Source: Balanoglossus misakiensis (lineage: Eukaryota > Animalia > Hemichordata). From it: a DNA stretch of 64,000 nucleotides. The DNA lies in the NCBI GenBank assembly GCA_040954595.2, contig CM082587.2, positions 10,731,403 through 10,795,402 of the forward strand, written 5' to 3'. Numbering within the stretch: the first letter of the stretch is position 1; each line of letters starts with the position of its first letter. This document shows, piece by piece, positions 14,470 to 33,588 of the stretch. Under the pieces are notes generated by a model that saw nothing but the letters and a program-made list of their open reading frames with translations, was not told the origin of the DNA and did no database searches. A program made the position numbers and the translations under genes.

Positions 14470-15064
14470 CTGTGGAAATACAAAATGTTGAAGGCAGATG
14501 TATACATTGTTCATGTACTGATCATTATGCATTAATGGTTTAAAACACAACTACAATTGTAACACACAGCATTCATTTTGGCCAGTTTTTCACTCTTGTG
14601 TCTACAAGTGGGATGGCAGTTGTGTGTGGTTGAATGTTGATTCACTATATATCCACATGTAGAATAACATTAACTGTGTCTTCTATCAAACATAATTAAT
14701 GGAAAAAGGGCAGCGAGAAAGAGACTTTGTCCCTCCTTGGTATGAGCATATCAAATCAATTATTTCCTTATATCACCTCTTGGTTGGGTTGTATTTACCA
14801 CTCACACTTGTCTTTGATTTGTACACTGCGACTCACAACCACACTCGCAGCAATACGGCCCACCTAACAGGTCATATCAGGTGATATAAACATATTAACA
14901 TCTACACCTTTTTATAATATTAATTTTGGACACAGTTTTAATCCTTTCACCACCATGGTTCAGTCCAAACCAATTGTTTTCTATGGTAAGGTTTGACCTC
15001 TATAGAGGAAACTGGGAGTGAAAGGGTTAAAGTACATAATAACTGAGGAGAAATAGGCACTCAC

Positions 15065-16034
15065 CACATTCTTCTCCAACAAGAACACTACCATTGGAAC
15101 AGAATATTGTACTTTCAACTTGTAATGTCTCAGCGTCGACTGAATATTCAGCTGTATCAAAAGTACCATTCTTGACTGCATCTTCAATAACTACAGCTGC
15201 AGCATCAGCAGAGCTAATGGATAAAACAACAGGCAAAAAATTCTTACATATGCCACATTACAATACCAACCAGAAGTGTGTACTGTAAACTGGGTTGTTT
15301 TCACGACAGGAAATTTTCGCGATATTAAAAGAGGCAACTGTTACGTGAGGACGAATTTTTGAGTTCTCGTATTTCACTAACTGCATCATTATCTCCAAAA
15401 ACATTTTACACAACTTTTTATTTTAACGTTTTTTTGACCAGCGCAAGTTTTGCAGAAATTTACTGCTCGCGAAAATAACATGTTTTGCAGTATATTTCGA
15501 ATGCATGAATCTTTAGAATACAGGATGCCGCAACATGAAGGAAGGTGGGCAGAAATGATGGGGTTGCCAAAAACTGAAAATGTTTGAGTGTTAAGACACA
15601 AAATAATTTGTTTTCACTTGCATGAATGGAATATTTTGCAATAATGCAAACACCAGCTGTATAGGGAATACAGAGCTGGTCCTCACACAGCCTGGGATCA
15701 GTACCCTAGACATGTCACCAAAGTCATTTCAATAGAACAGAAGGGGAATAAAATACTCGAAAAATAACAATTACTACTCACGCATTGGTTGTGAAACTGA
15801 ACTGAACCACAAGCTGAGTATCAGCCTGTCTCTTTCTTCGGTTTGAGGCGCCGCAGGTTATTTCAAGGTCATCAAAGTTGCATTCACCGCCACAAATACC
15901 AAACAAATCATTCAGATAGTTGATAGTGTTCATAAAACTGATCCTCAATTGCTGGATGACACCATTGTTACATGTACCAGCCTGTGAATTGTATGACACG
16001 CCACAATTCACTCCACGTTGAGTCTTCCCAGGAG
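15065..16034 (-). CDS. SEA-like exons with RRKR site: 15782-16034, 15065-15213
   Basis: CGGECNFDDLEITCGASNRRKRQADTQLVVQFSF; FCSNGSVLVGEEC. Confidence 0.8.
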
Positions 16035-16413
16035 CTGCAGTAGAACAATACAAACAAACAAATCTAGCGAACGATGTATTGACTTAGACTGCGAAACCGC
16101 TTAGCCAATCAGGAAAGTTACAGCTGCTTACCCAGAACAAAATATTAAGAAAATAGCTCAAATGTACTGGAGCTTTATATTGGGGTAAGCAGATATGATG
16201 TTAACAAATTATCTACCTGTAATCACAACCTTGACATACTGTAAAGCAAGAATTTGCATTACTCATATTTCTCTTTTCATTTATAACTAAAAGAAAATTG
16301 TCTCAATGCTGGAATACCCCCTCTCACAACTCTCTCTCTTTGGAGAATTTTCTGAATGTGCATGTGCAACCTGATTATATTTCTTTACTGATACCAAATC
16401 ATTTTTTTCTCAC

Positions 16414-16463
16414 CTGAACATCCAGGGAAGGTGAATTCCTCGTCTGGATTCTCAGGATTAATA
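16414..16463 (-). pseudogene. CCP exon, 3' piece
   Basis: INPENPDEEFTFPGCS then G|GTGAG donor. Confidence 0.75.
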
Positions 16464-18890
16464 GAATCCCACACCCCCAATGGTCTGAGATGAAATGTCT
16501 CACACGAGTTGGAGAATTTCTGTCTCACACGAGCCGAAGGCGAGTGTGAGACAGAAATTCTCCAACGAGTCTGAGACATTTCATCTCAGACCATTGGTGT
16601 GTGGGATTCTTTTTCTCACGTTCCTCCGATAATTGCAGAAATTTGTCTTTTTATGAACATTATTATACAATAATCAAAACCCATCAGCATCAACCACCTT
16701 CGATCAGTATCATTCCGCCCAGAAAATGTAGTTCCTACCATACACATCCATACGTTTTTATACACCAAGACATTTGTGACTGTAACATTGCAAAGATTTA
16801 TTTACACAGATTTCTCATATAAATCTGCATCATAGTGAGTTACAATTCAAAACAGCAACCACATAAACAACAAATTGTTTTTAAAAATCAGAACAAGTAG
16901 ATGTGTACCCGTTTGACAAGGTGCAATTGTCTTTCAAACACATTTGAATAAACGAAGTTTGACTTTCAATTCAAAGTTTATCAAATAAAACAAGCCATTT
17001 TATAAAATTTGTCATTAAAATTCTAGTAGTGATGAATGTTATGTTCACATGTTTTGATACACCTGGTCAAAACATTTAAATATTTTCCTGACTGCTTTCA
17101 GAATCTGAATATATCACCCTTGGTCGTTTTTTGGAAGGTGGCCCAGTATCACTTTGGAAGTGCACTTGCACATTAAAATTACCACCTGAGACATGACAAT
17201 TTTGGAAGATTGCAGATGACCCCAGAACATGGGATGCTTCCAATTTCTGTGTGTGCTTTGTTTCCTGATATTGCTGTGTCATATAGTTATTAGATGAGCC
17301 AGCAACAGCAGTAGGAAAGTAGTTTTGTGTCACATCTGTTTTCGTTGTCTCACTCAAAATGTGCGACATAGCATACTGTTGGTTATCTGAGAGTTTGCAA
17401 TAGTTATTTATGGACTGGACATTTTTATGTGCACTCTTTTGCATTGTATGTGTTGGTGGGACCATGTTATCATTCAACTTTTGCAACAAGTACTTTCTAG
17501 CACTGGTATTAGTGAGTTTCTTGCCTAGTTCAGTTAGGCCACTCTCTGTTGACATGTTTTTCATGATGTTTGCAATAGTATTTGGACCCATGGGATAGCG
17601 TTTGAACCATGTCTTTTCAGATGGTTTTGGGTTGGCATCCTTGATGCCCAAATAGAAAGGGGTTTCTGGATCATTGAAATCAGTGGGTCGCAGAGATTTG
17701 TATAATTTATACAATGTTACTGGACATCGCTCTGTGTTTGACGGAAACGCGTACATCTGCGGTTTGACGGGACGTACATCGTTGACATTTTCACCAGTTC
17801 TTGTTTTTGTTTGGTGTTCCCGAGACATTTCCAGGTATTCTCGCCCATGGTCATCACGTTTCAGCTGAATATCACCCCAGCAGAGGGACCGGTGTTCTTT
17901 TATGGCTCGCATGCCAAAATGCAGCATATTATTAAACCATAGAGTGTTAATAATGGACCGTGGGCTATGGCTTCCAAGCTGTCTCGTCGCATACAAATGA
18001 TTGACGTTGTCATCACTCAGGGTTTCTGCCTTGTTAGGGAGGTTGCCTTTACCTTGTTTCCGCAAGTCTTTCTGTTTGGCCTTCAGTTGCTCCCGCGCCG
18101 AGAAAAATTCAGGGCCGTTGGTTAGAGATACACCATATTTCTTCCAGCGCAGATGTCGCTCAACACTACTGAACATACCTCGCAAGTAGGATGGCTCATA
18201 TTCAGATCCATCTTCCTTACGTACGACGCAAAGAAACTTCCCAACTAACGGGTCCAGTTCGATAGGTGGTATATCACAAACGTCTCTGTGTTCACCATTT
18301 TCGACCAGAAACTGCTTCAACAGAGCGATGTGACTGTTTGTTTTTCGGACGGTCTCTTGATTTTGTTGTTCGGCAACAAACTTCTCCAGGTCGACGTTGG
18401 ATAACGTAACGAAACGGCTCTGGCGGTCATTATTCGCGTCACTGTTGACGGCTGCAGCTGGTTCGGTCATGACGATGTCGAAATCTTTCGTTATCTGAAT
18501 TGACGATAGTGTCAGTTCTTCACCGGAAATATTATCGACGAGCGTAAACAGCCGATATGTTCCTAAAGGTCTAAATTCGCCCGTTACAACAAATATGCGG
18601 TTATTCTTCAAGTATTTGTCGCCGACGCTAACCATACTCGGAACCCGGAAATCCAAAAACCTTATCACTTTGCGATACAGTCGTCTGCCTGTTGTAGTTC
18701 CGGTTGTATATTACGCGACATTCTATTCGTCAAATATTACACATATGTATTAGAAGCGTGTCCAAATTGACCAATCAGCGCTCGCCCTATTAAAAGATTC
18801 TTTGTTCGCGCAATAATACAGAGTGTGAGAACAATTTGTTCTCACACTCTGTTCTCACACTCCCAGCGTGCGTAGAACGTGAGAATAAAA
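16464..18890 (-). mobile_element. Crypton (tyrosine-recombinase DNA transposon), ~2.43 kb, within a coding exon
   Basis: DUF3504-type YR ORF; ~148-bp terminal hairpin 16463-16610 with gagccgaaggcgag loop; short IR ttctcacgttc/gaacgtgagaa; removal rejoins a 201-nt in-frame exon. Confidence 0.85.
17076..18635 (-). CDS. Crypton tyrosine recombinase (DUF3504, KIAA1958/ZMYM-related)
   Basis: VRKEDGSEYEP, HFGMR, QTKTRTG, RCPV..YK.Y, WF...PMG.NT, TNTSAR, SAHKN..S...Y; first ATG at 18635 (ORF track opens at 18668). Confidence 0.9.
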   Translation of the reverse strand: MVSVGDKYLKNNRIFVVTGEFRPLGTYRLFTLVDNISGEELTLSSIQITKDFDIVMTEPAAAVNSDANNDRQSRFVTLSNVDLEKFVAEQQNQETVRKTNSHIALLKQFLVENGEHRDVCDIPPIELDPLVGKFLCVVRKEDGSEYEPSYLRGMFSSVERHLRWKKYGVSLTNGPEFFSAREQLKAKQKDLRKQGKGNLPNKAETLSDDNVNHLYATRQLGSHSPRSIINTLWFNNMLHFGMRAIKEHRSLCWGDIQLKRDDHGREYLEMSREHQTKTRTGENVNDVRPVKPQMYAFPSNTERCPVTLYKLYKSLRPTDFNDPETPFYLGIKDANPKPSEKTWFKRYPMGPNTIANIMKNMSTESGLTELGKKLTNTSARKYLLQKLNDNMVPPTHTMQKSAHKNVQSINNYCKLSDNQQYAMSHILSETTKTDVTQNYFPTAVAGSSNNYMTQQYQETKHTQKLEASHVLGSSAIFQNCHVSGGNFNVQVHFQSDTGPPSKKRPRVIYSDSESSQENI

Positions 18891-19041
18891 TATCCTTCAC
18901 TATGGCAGAGATAGTAAGGTGCTGGCAGGCTTGCAAACTTGTATCCTGGTAAACAATCCACCTGACAGAACACACCCGACTCAAACTCATTACAGATGGA
19001 AATACCTTTAACTGGTGGTGCTGGCTTTTCACAATCAAATG
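18891..19041 (-). pseudogene. CCP exon, 5' piece (split by Crypton)
   Basis: FDCEKPAPPVKG...VDCLPGYKF...YYLCHSEGY; no splice donor at the break. Confidence 0.8.
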
Positions 19042-20036
19042 CTGTAAAAGAAAGGAGAACACAGTTTATTTGTCTATATATTTTTAATTTTATTTCATCT
19101 ATCATCCAACAGGCAAATACTACCCAAATGTCTGTGTCTCATATATCATCCAACAGGCAAATACTACCCAAATGTCCAGGTCTAGGTAACGAACCCACAA
19201 CCCTAGCCACTAGGGCACAATGCCTCTTTTACCAGGTTCACACAGGGTAAAATTTGAGACACTATTTGCCAGTGCTAACCACAGAGCATTAATCCTTTGA
19301 GTCATGTTGTGTCCACACACACAAAGTTTATGTATGGGCGCTGAGGCTCGGCCCCATAGACAATGGGTTGCGGAGAGGTGTTAATCCTTACACCGGCTCA
19401 GGTCTGGCTGGCAGAGCCGTCTCAAATCTGAGACGTTTCAGGACCACTTACACCGTCCACACATGTTTTTTTAAGACAGTATCAATTCTGAGATGCTTCA
19501 GAACTGTCTTAATGGTGTATGTGTGACACCCATATTTATTACACAGTCAAATCTTTTAAACAGAACACCAACACATTAACATGTTTCTATGTAAAAGGGA
19601 CTAGGAAAAGCTGTTGGTTGAAGAGAGGTTTCCCGATTAGACAGGGTTTGTTTTAGACGGGTTTGAGTGTCCTTGTATGTTCTGAATGATGTTGTTATAA
19701 TTTTTGATAGTTACATAGGGACAAAAGTGATAATGATGCAATCATATTACTGTAAAACGGCAAATTTTCCCAAACTTCGGCAAAAAAGAAGAAGAAAATA
19801 AAGTCGCATAAAATGTTTTTCAGAGATACCAGAGTAGTTAGTAAAATACTAGAATGCGGAAATTTAATTCTCGTGTCACAGTTGCCTCTTTTGATATATT
19901 GCAAAATATTTTCTGTCACGAAAATGTCCCGTTTTACAGTATGTGACAAGACATAACAAGGGGTAGAGATGACAATTTGTCAAGATATTAATTAATTTGT
20001 AAAGTTTATGTATGAATGATAAAAAAATTCACTCAC

Positions 20037-20977
20037 GCAGTACATAGAGTAAAAAGTTGCACTGTGCATTGTTGCCAGCTGTATCTGAAGCAACATAGCT
20101 GATCTGGTAAGTTCCCCAGGAAAAGGTGTCACCTGTAAGAACAAAATTATGCACATCATTACAGGCATGGGTGCTAAAGCCAAAATAGCTTCCGTTTCTT
20201 GAATGTTTTTCATGATTTTCTTTTCAAACTTAGAATGGTCCATTTAAGTGAGCTATCTGGTGGGTATACACAGGCATATTATCAACTCCTGATTGTGACT
20301 GTACATATAAACATGAACAAGATATGTATACTAAACAGATATGGTGCCGCACACGTTTATTCAACTGCCCATTGTAAGAGAACACAACATTTGTGGTATG
20401 GGTATCCCCAGTAGTAGTGGAGAATATTAAGTACTTTACTGATTAAAGGCCTTGCTCAACAGTTGGTCAAATCTTTTGTTTCCAATAAACAATTACGTGC
20501 AAACACAAATGCTTTCGAGTTTTAACTTCATTGTACTGCCTTGGGATCGAGGAAAGGGCCTATAAACATATGGTAATAGTATCAGCAATTGAGGCTTTAA
20601 TACTTGGAAGCAAGATCATCTGTCGCACATAGGATGTGCTAGCCATATATGAGTAACGGCCACAAGAATAAACTGTACCAGTATGCTTCATACTGACCAT
20701 AATCTTAGGAAAGTTGTCTCAGCTTGTTGGTTTCTGTTTAGATCAACTCCCCACCCCACCCCGATAAAAAAAACTTAGTTAGTGTGAATGTTATATATTA
20801 TCTATAATCAGAAATGATATTTTATAGGAAACTTACCCATTGTGTAGGTTTGTGTCACATTGGCAATGGCGACATCATCTGTAAATATAGGCTCCTGCCA
20901 TACTCCTGTTGTCAAGCTATTAGGACTAATTATACGGGTCGTATTGGGACAGTAAATGACTTCAGGAGCGTGTTTAT
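20037..20977 (-). CDS. HYR domain exons: 20837-20977, 20037-20132
   Basis: DKHAPEVIYCP...WQEPIFTDDV; FSWGTYQISYVASDTAGNNAQCNF. Confidence 0.85.
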
Positions 20978-21276
20978 CTGAAGAAAAAAAAGTGAAAGAA
21001 TAACAAATGTTTGTAAATTAAACAACTGGTCCACACCCCCTATGCATACACTGGTACATTTAGGTAAATGCACTACTAGATGTTAATATCTGTCACATAT
21101 TCATGAGAAATCCAGATATTGTTAAGTGCTTGTTTTCTGATACATGTGAATAGACTAGATCACTGTCAAGAAACACTACAAGATAGGACAGGAGTCATGA
21201 GATGGTATCCATAGGCATAATAACTGATATGATCAATTACACTCATGATAAGCCTAGTTCTTGGAACAGCAGAAAC

Positions 21277-21375
21277 TGATGATGATGATGGTGATGATGA
21301 TGACGATGATGATGATGGTGGTGGTGGTGGTGGTGGTGATGATGATTATGATGATGATGATGGTGATGGTGGTTG
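21277..21375. repeat. (GAT/GGT)n microsatellite
   Basis: Direct inspection; similar tract at ~8113-8168. Confidence 0.85.
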
Positions 21376-21715
21376 TGAATAGTATCATTACATTCAGTGT
21401 TAAATACATCTACGGTAGAAACAAAAAGAGTGAGCGATACAGGCATGGGCAGATGATGATTCCCTATACTTCCTAAAGTAGGGAGATTGCAGGCTGTGTG
21501 ATTGGAGTACAACACACAGCAGCTAGGGGCTGGTGAATGTACACAGGAAAAACTACTCAAAATTTCACACAGTTTTCCCTGGACAGACACAACATTACAA
21601 GGAGAGCTGTGTTAAAGTAAGGATTTAGGATTAATCAACTCTGTGAATATGACCCAATTTCTCCTCGTCAGATTATGCATAAAATTGTTTGATAGTAATG
21701 AATAAGGCTATTTAC

Positions 21716-23246
21716 CAACAGGTGTGCATGGTGAACCAGAGTAACCAATTGGGCACCTGGTACTTCCACAAGCTGATGGCTGGATTTTGACCACACTACC
21801 CAATAACTCTTGATCCATTTCAACCCACATGACATGATTGCCAAGTGGATTTTGTGAACAGTTCAAAGCCAGACTCTGGATTTCAACAGGAGTCAATACA
21901 TAATCGTATACATTCATCTGTGTAACATCACCATGGAAGCTAAAGTAGTTGTCAAGGAGTCCATTTTCGTCATAGCTTTGACCAAGAATTACCATACAGC
22001 TGTTGAAAAACAAGAGAATAATGAATTCATTAAAAGTGCTGGTAAGAAGTTGTCAAAAATAAACTGTGAAAATCAGTATCGTTCTGCATAAGTTTGAATT
22101 TGAAAGTGCCACGAAGATAGCTTTGCTGATGTCCATAGTTTGCTCCCTTGAATTTTTTGGCCTGTTTTGTTGTAAGTCGCAACATGTTATGATGATATTG
22201 TATTGTCATGTAGGAGTAAGACAAGCTACCTAGCAGATAAGTTATAAACAAGATAACTGCTTCACAAATAAATGGTTCACTTCTCTTGAGGCTTGGGAAA
22301 ACTTGACAGTATAGGAAAATATAGAATTTTAACATGTGATGATGACAATTTTCAATGGCTTTGTAGGAGTTAAAAATGTTCGGAGTTCCACTAGCAACTT
22401 ACAATACTTTTCTGAGTCAGCGATACCTGTCCAGGATGGAAGGGGTGATGTTACTGCAACACCATTCAAGTAAACTGCCACAATGCCTTCTTCAATTACC
22501 ATGACAACATTATGCCACGAGTTGTCATCAACTGATACGGTTACACCATTTGTACTGACAGATAGACTTCTGTCCAGGACAAGAAGGGTACTATCAACTT
22601 GGGTTAAGCTGCCAAGAAATTCAAAACAGAGATTAGACATAAATCGGTGCATCAGCTGTTACTTTTGGGAAATTATCACACTTTTTTCAAACTGCACCAC
22701 CTTTAGCCCATACAGAAGTATGCACTGAACTATGTACAAGTATTATGAACCCTAAGTATGAGTGCATATGCAAGTTTAAACCAGACAAATAATAAATCTT
22801 TGCCGCAAAGGAATATGGTCGCCACCGTGAGAAAATGCAAAATACAATGAGAAAACGTTGCATTTCCCACTTTGAAATTCCTAAACAAAGCATTATCTCA
22901 TCCACTAGAACACATGGAAGTAAATGAACTCCCGAGACATTATATTTCATTTCATTGTAATATTTATTTTTTTAGTGCAGGAACTTTCAACTGTACTGAT
23001 TGGCCTGGCCACAACGGGAGGTTGAACTTCTGATTTTAATCAGATTGGTTGCAGACTAGAAAGAATAACATAAAGAGTACCTTGATCCTTGCAATGCTAT
23101 GGTAAGATAGACACCTGGTGTTGATTTATCAGTGGTGCTATATCTGACCCACAGTGATACACTGAAGTCTTGACTGCAATTAAATGTTGGTGAGACAACC
23201 ATTGAGTCAGCTCCATCGAAGAAGAGATCATAATTGGATGACTTTT
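21716..23246 (-). CDS. LamG/pentraxin exons plus EGF: 23081-23246, 22408-22608, 21716-21999
   Basis: DLFFDG...FSVSLWVR; DNSWHNVVMV...VYLNG; ILGQ...FHGDVTQMNVYDYVLTPVEI. Confidence 0.82.
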
Positions 23247-24166
23247 CTGTTAGAAATATAAAAGCAAACATAACAGAACATTAGACTAAGCTTTACAACC
23301 AAAACATGTGCAGCTTATTATTACTTGTTTGTACTGGAATGGTATGTACTATGTACTTTCATCTATAGAATATTATCAGTTCTATAAAACTGTACTTCAA
23401 GCTAAAATGAAAATACTAACATATGAGTTTGTTTCCTGGATGGCTTGCTGGCTAACTGGTGTAGTGTTTGATTGATATTTACATTCGCTAGTTCTTTGCT
23501 TTCCTATTCTCAAATATTCACCTCATATGCACATAGAAAATCATGTCCTTTCTCAAGCCAATCTAAGCACTCGTTACAGAAGACATAATGCACCTGTCAG
23601 AACACATAGCAAAAAGCGTTAAGTTAGCTGCTTTTAGATTGGTTACTTTTGAAAAAACACATTCAACATTTTCAATGGAGTAGATTCAGATGTACATGTA
23701 GTGAGGCGTACATCCGAGAACAGAACAGCAAAGAACCAGCAAATGTAATGAAAGATCCAAGCCTCTATACATCTGATTGTGCAGCAAGCCTGCTTGCTTA
23801 TTTATATAATACATTCAATGATTGGTAAATTGATCGACAGATTTCTGAGAAAGAAGAATACAGGTAAATGAAATTCAGGCTGTAAAAAGTAATATGCATG
23901 GTATAGCATGGAAATAAATACTGGAAAATGGGAAATTTTCGCGACAGGGAATTTTCGCGATATCAAAAGGGGCAACTGTTACACAACGATTAAGTTTCGT
24001 GTTCGTGTATTTCACTGCATTGTTATCTCCGAAATTTTTTTTACGCGACGTTTTATTTGCATGTTATTTTGGCTCTCGCGTAGTTTGCGGCAAAAATTTC
24101 CCATTTTACAGTAAACATTACTAAAGAAACCAAGAATAGGATCACAAATGGTCAGCACACAGTTAC

Positions 24167-30101
<5,935 letters not shown>

Positions 30102-30245
30102 CTGAAATAAACGATGTAAACATAAAACCATAATGATCAAATTTGGTCAATATGTTTTTTTTTTGCAAGAAACTCAAGAAATAGGAAAAGAATATGTAAT
30201 CAATATATAAGTAATCCCTTCAATTTTTATGCCAAATGTACCTAC

Positions 30246-31509
30246 CTATACAGTCATCCAAACTATTGGCACCTTCATGGGTTGTACGCAGTCCTGTTGG
30301 ACATGGGTTGCATTCTCTGGAACCACTCTCATTCTGGTAATAGTGATGGGGACAAAGTACACATGGCTCAAGACCAGTGTTGGAATATGAGCCAACTGTG
30401 CATTTTTCTGGAAGTTAAATACAAATTGAAATTTTAATATGATGTTGTATCCTGGAAAAGATGAAATGAGGCCAAAATAAAAAATATGTGCTGTTCCGAT
30501 TACCCGACCTACCCTAATTATAACCTGCTGACCCTAAACTTTTTAGAGCTTCGTAAACCCAGAAGTAAAAAAAAACATTGTTGTCAAACATACAAAATTT
30601 ATGAAAATTGCGCAAATCATGCGAGAACTATGACGAAATCGCGCACATCACGCAGGACTATGATGTCATTCTTCTACACTATAGTTTTTTCTGATGTGAA
30701 ATGCACATTGAGAGCTAAAAAAAATCGCAAAATAAAAAAAAATCCTTACCTACCTACCTACCCTATTTCTGAAAACCATGTAATCGGAACAGCATATACT
30801 ATTTTTTTGGCCCAATAAAAACTTGGCATTGTAAAATAATCTTCCTACCTTTGCAACTCTCTACTGCAACTGCTACCCCGTGTGTTGACGTGTCATTTGG
30901 GCACAGATGACAATCAGTAGAACCATAATCTGGTTGATAAGATCCTTGCACACATTGTGTACATGGAGCTTTACCATCATCTGAGTAATAGCCAGGTTTG
31001 CACAACTCTAAAAGTTAAAAAAAGATCACAATTTGACCTTAAACACTATATATTCATAAACTGCATGTACTATTTAGTTTTGAATCATCACGTCATACAA
31101 AGATTGAAATCTAGAGATGTCAATAGCAACACAGTCTTTTTACAATTACATCCAACAGAAGCACCTTGTTTGCATGATGTGCGATCTGTAAAATTCAAAG
31201 TATTCATGCAAAGTATTCATGTAATGGCTTTTTTTAAAATCTCGTTTGTACGTGTTACCAAAACCGTATGTGGAATAAAATAAACGAGTCTGTCAGTCAC
31301 AGTGCTAGCTCATCAGAGATGATGTGGTATTTGTTATAGACTATTTCTCTTACCAATACAGTCATCTTGACTCTTGCTGTGTTTATCGTGTGTACTATAA
31401 CCTGATGGACAGGTAATGCATGATGTTTGACCAGCGGAATTTTGATAAGATCCAACAGGACAGCTAGCACATTCATCTCCTGTATCATAAGTTCCAGCTG
31501 TACACGTCA
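30246..31509 (-). CDS. Three GCC2/GCC3 (ephrin-receptor-like) exons: 31354-31509, 30849-31007, 30246-30407
   Basis: CxxGxY...CxxCPxGxYQ...CxxCP...C pattern; phase 1-1. Confidence 0.85.
30470..30812. mobile_element. GGCC-ended MITE (Zator-like)
   Basis: ggccaaaataaaaaatatgtgctgttccgattac / gtaatcggaacagcatat...ttttggcc; partial copy ~35185-35427; different GGCC element at 61540-61844. Confidence 0.6.
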
Positions 31510-32266
31510 CTACAATGTAACAGATTAAAAAGACAAAGATGTTTAAAGTGAAGGGGTCATCGCGACACATTTGTTTGTTTATAAACATTATAATGCATCC
31601 ACAAATCTCTGAAAATAAATAATTCTTAGGATGAATAACAAAGCAGCCAACCGCAGCATAGACTGGGCATGACAGAAACTGAAGATCCTAGTAGGTCTTG
31701 ACGACTGCAGTGGGGTTTGTGCTTGTATTGGAGGACATATTCTCATCAAGGAGGACACCCACGCGGTGGGACAACCTCTTCCCTTTAACTCATCAAGGCA
31801 CAGAAGTGACACATATACCAGTACAGTAAAAATTGTCTTAACTGAACACCAAATGGACTGAAGAAACTGTTCAGTTTGCAGAGGTGTTTGGTTTTATAGA
31901 CGTTCTTTTAACATGGTGTTCTACATGTATGTCGAAGAGACAGGACAATGCGTTTGGTTTACACAGGTTTCCAGATTCGACAGGGTTCAGTTTAGACAGG
32001 TTTTACTGTACTAATTAAATTATGCATTTTTTCGGAGCAACTGTCTATGAACAATTATATCAGGATAAATTGTGATGATAATGATGCTGTTTATAAGCTG
32101 TTGTGTAAGGTGTATATGCATGTAAGCCTTGGAGAGATGTCGAAGCATATGGTACACCAGTATAAGTCACTAGTGGGTTGGGATGAAAATATTTATAAGT
32201 TGACAAGTAATTGACACCATAAACTTAGACTCTTGGTTCAAGGTATATTGGATTGATGATACTTAC

Positions 32267-32507
32267 AACAATAACAGCCACTGAGAATCTTTCCAGATGG
32301 ACAGCAACATCCTGAGAACTCATTAGTTGGGGCTCCTGACAGATTCAATTCTGGACAAGCACCATTTGCCTCGATTTTGATGAGACTGTTGAATTGACTG
32401 AACTGAGTTGTAATTTCACTCATTATACTATCACCGCAGGTTTGGAGATCTAAACTTGTTGCGTTGTCTGTCTTTGCAAGTAATTTCATGGCAACTGTTG
32501 CATTCAC
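32267..32507 (-). CDS. Host exon: SEA-like module copy 2, part 2
   Basis: LQTCG...GACPELN...CCCPSGKILSGCYC. Confidence 0.75.
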
Positions 32508-33367
32508 CTACCGGTATGAAAAACACCAAATAGAAAGTTTGGTTTAATGGGTTAAAAGGACACAGTAGCTGTAACTTTTGGCTTTTTTTCAGTATTTTCT
32601 TCCGTGTATCAAACGCTATTTCTTGTTCTACTCCAAACAGCATGTTACTATACCCAGTACTTATCATGTATGCGTGTAACAGCCATTGTTATTGTTGACA
32701 AATGAATTCTAGTCTGAAATTAAATTTTGCACAATAACAATGCTGACCATTCACATATATGTTGTGTTGATATTAAGCCAAATGCTCAACATTTTATGAT
32801 TCTTCAGGTATTTGAACAAGAAACTGCAGTAGATACACAAAACAAACACACTGAAAACGTAGCAAAAAGATAAAGCTATTATGGAGCATTTAAAGGGATT
32901 ATGTTTGATACAATTACAAGACACTGTTTATGTTATTCTACATGTGGATATATAGAGAATCAATGTTTGACCACACACAACTTCCATCCTCTTGTAGACG
33001 CGACAGTGAAAAAACACGCGAAAAATGAATACCATTCATTCATTTTGGGCGAGTTTTTACTCTCATATCCTACAAACAAGATGGAAGTTGTGTGTGGTCA
33101 AATGATGATTCACTATATATCCACATGTAGAATAACATAAACTGTGTCTTGTATCAAACATAATTAATGGGAAAACGGCAGCGAGCGAGAGACTTTGTCC
33201 CTCCAATAACAAGATAATGCTTCTTAAAAATGACACACCTTGGAGAACCCAACCTTAGGGTAACACATTGTACAATAATGTAACGACAGAAATCAAATAA
33301 AGGATTACATCAACCTTCTTCTTCAGCATAAAACTGTAAAATTTTCCAGCAGGACAGATAATTATAC

Positions 33368-33588
33368 CTGATTGGAGTCTACTATGGCCATTGTTGAATA
33401 GTCACTTTGAACTTCAACACTGTCTTCAATCGAGTTACACAGGACCGACAACAGTGGTTCAACAGACTGCACAATTCCAAGCAGACTCGACTCGTAATAT
33501 GAGATACATTGGTTGGTATCACTTGGAATGGTTATCACAGAGTTGTATACACCTCCCACAGTCAGGCAATAATCTGGAACTTCCTTCT
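33368..33588 (-). CDS. Host exon: SEA-like module copy 2, part 1
   Basis: KEVPDYCLTVGGVY...QCISYY...LSVLC. Confidence 0.75.

Noticed and set aside
17076-18668. Domesticated KIAA1958/ZMYM/QRICH1 host gene
   Set aside because: Intronless, bounded by hairpin/IR ends and splitting a host exon, so a transposon is the better reading.
21243-21590. Poly-His and poly-Met/Val ORFs
   Set aside because: Translations of an intronic (GAT/GGT)n microsatellite.
21999-22408. Apparent phase clash in the LamG exons as another lesion
   Set aside because: Using the AA|GTATTG donor (exon edge 22408) restores the frame.
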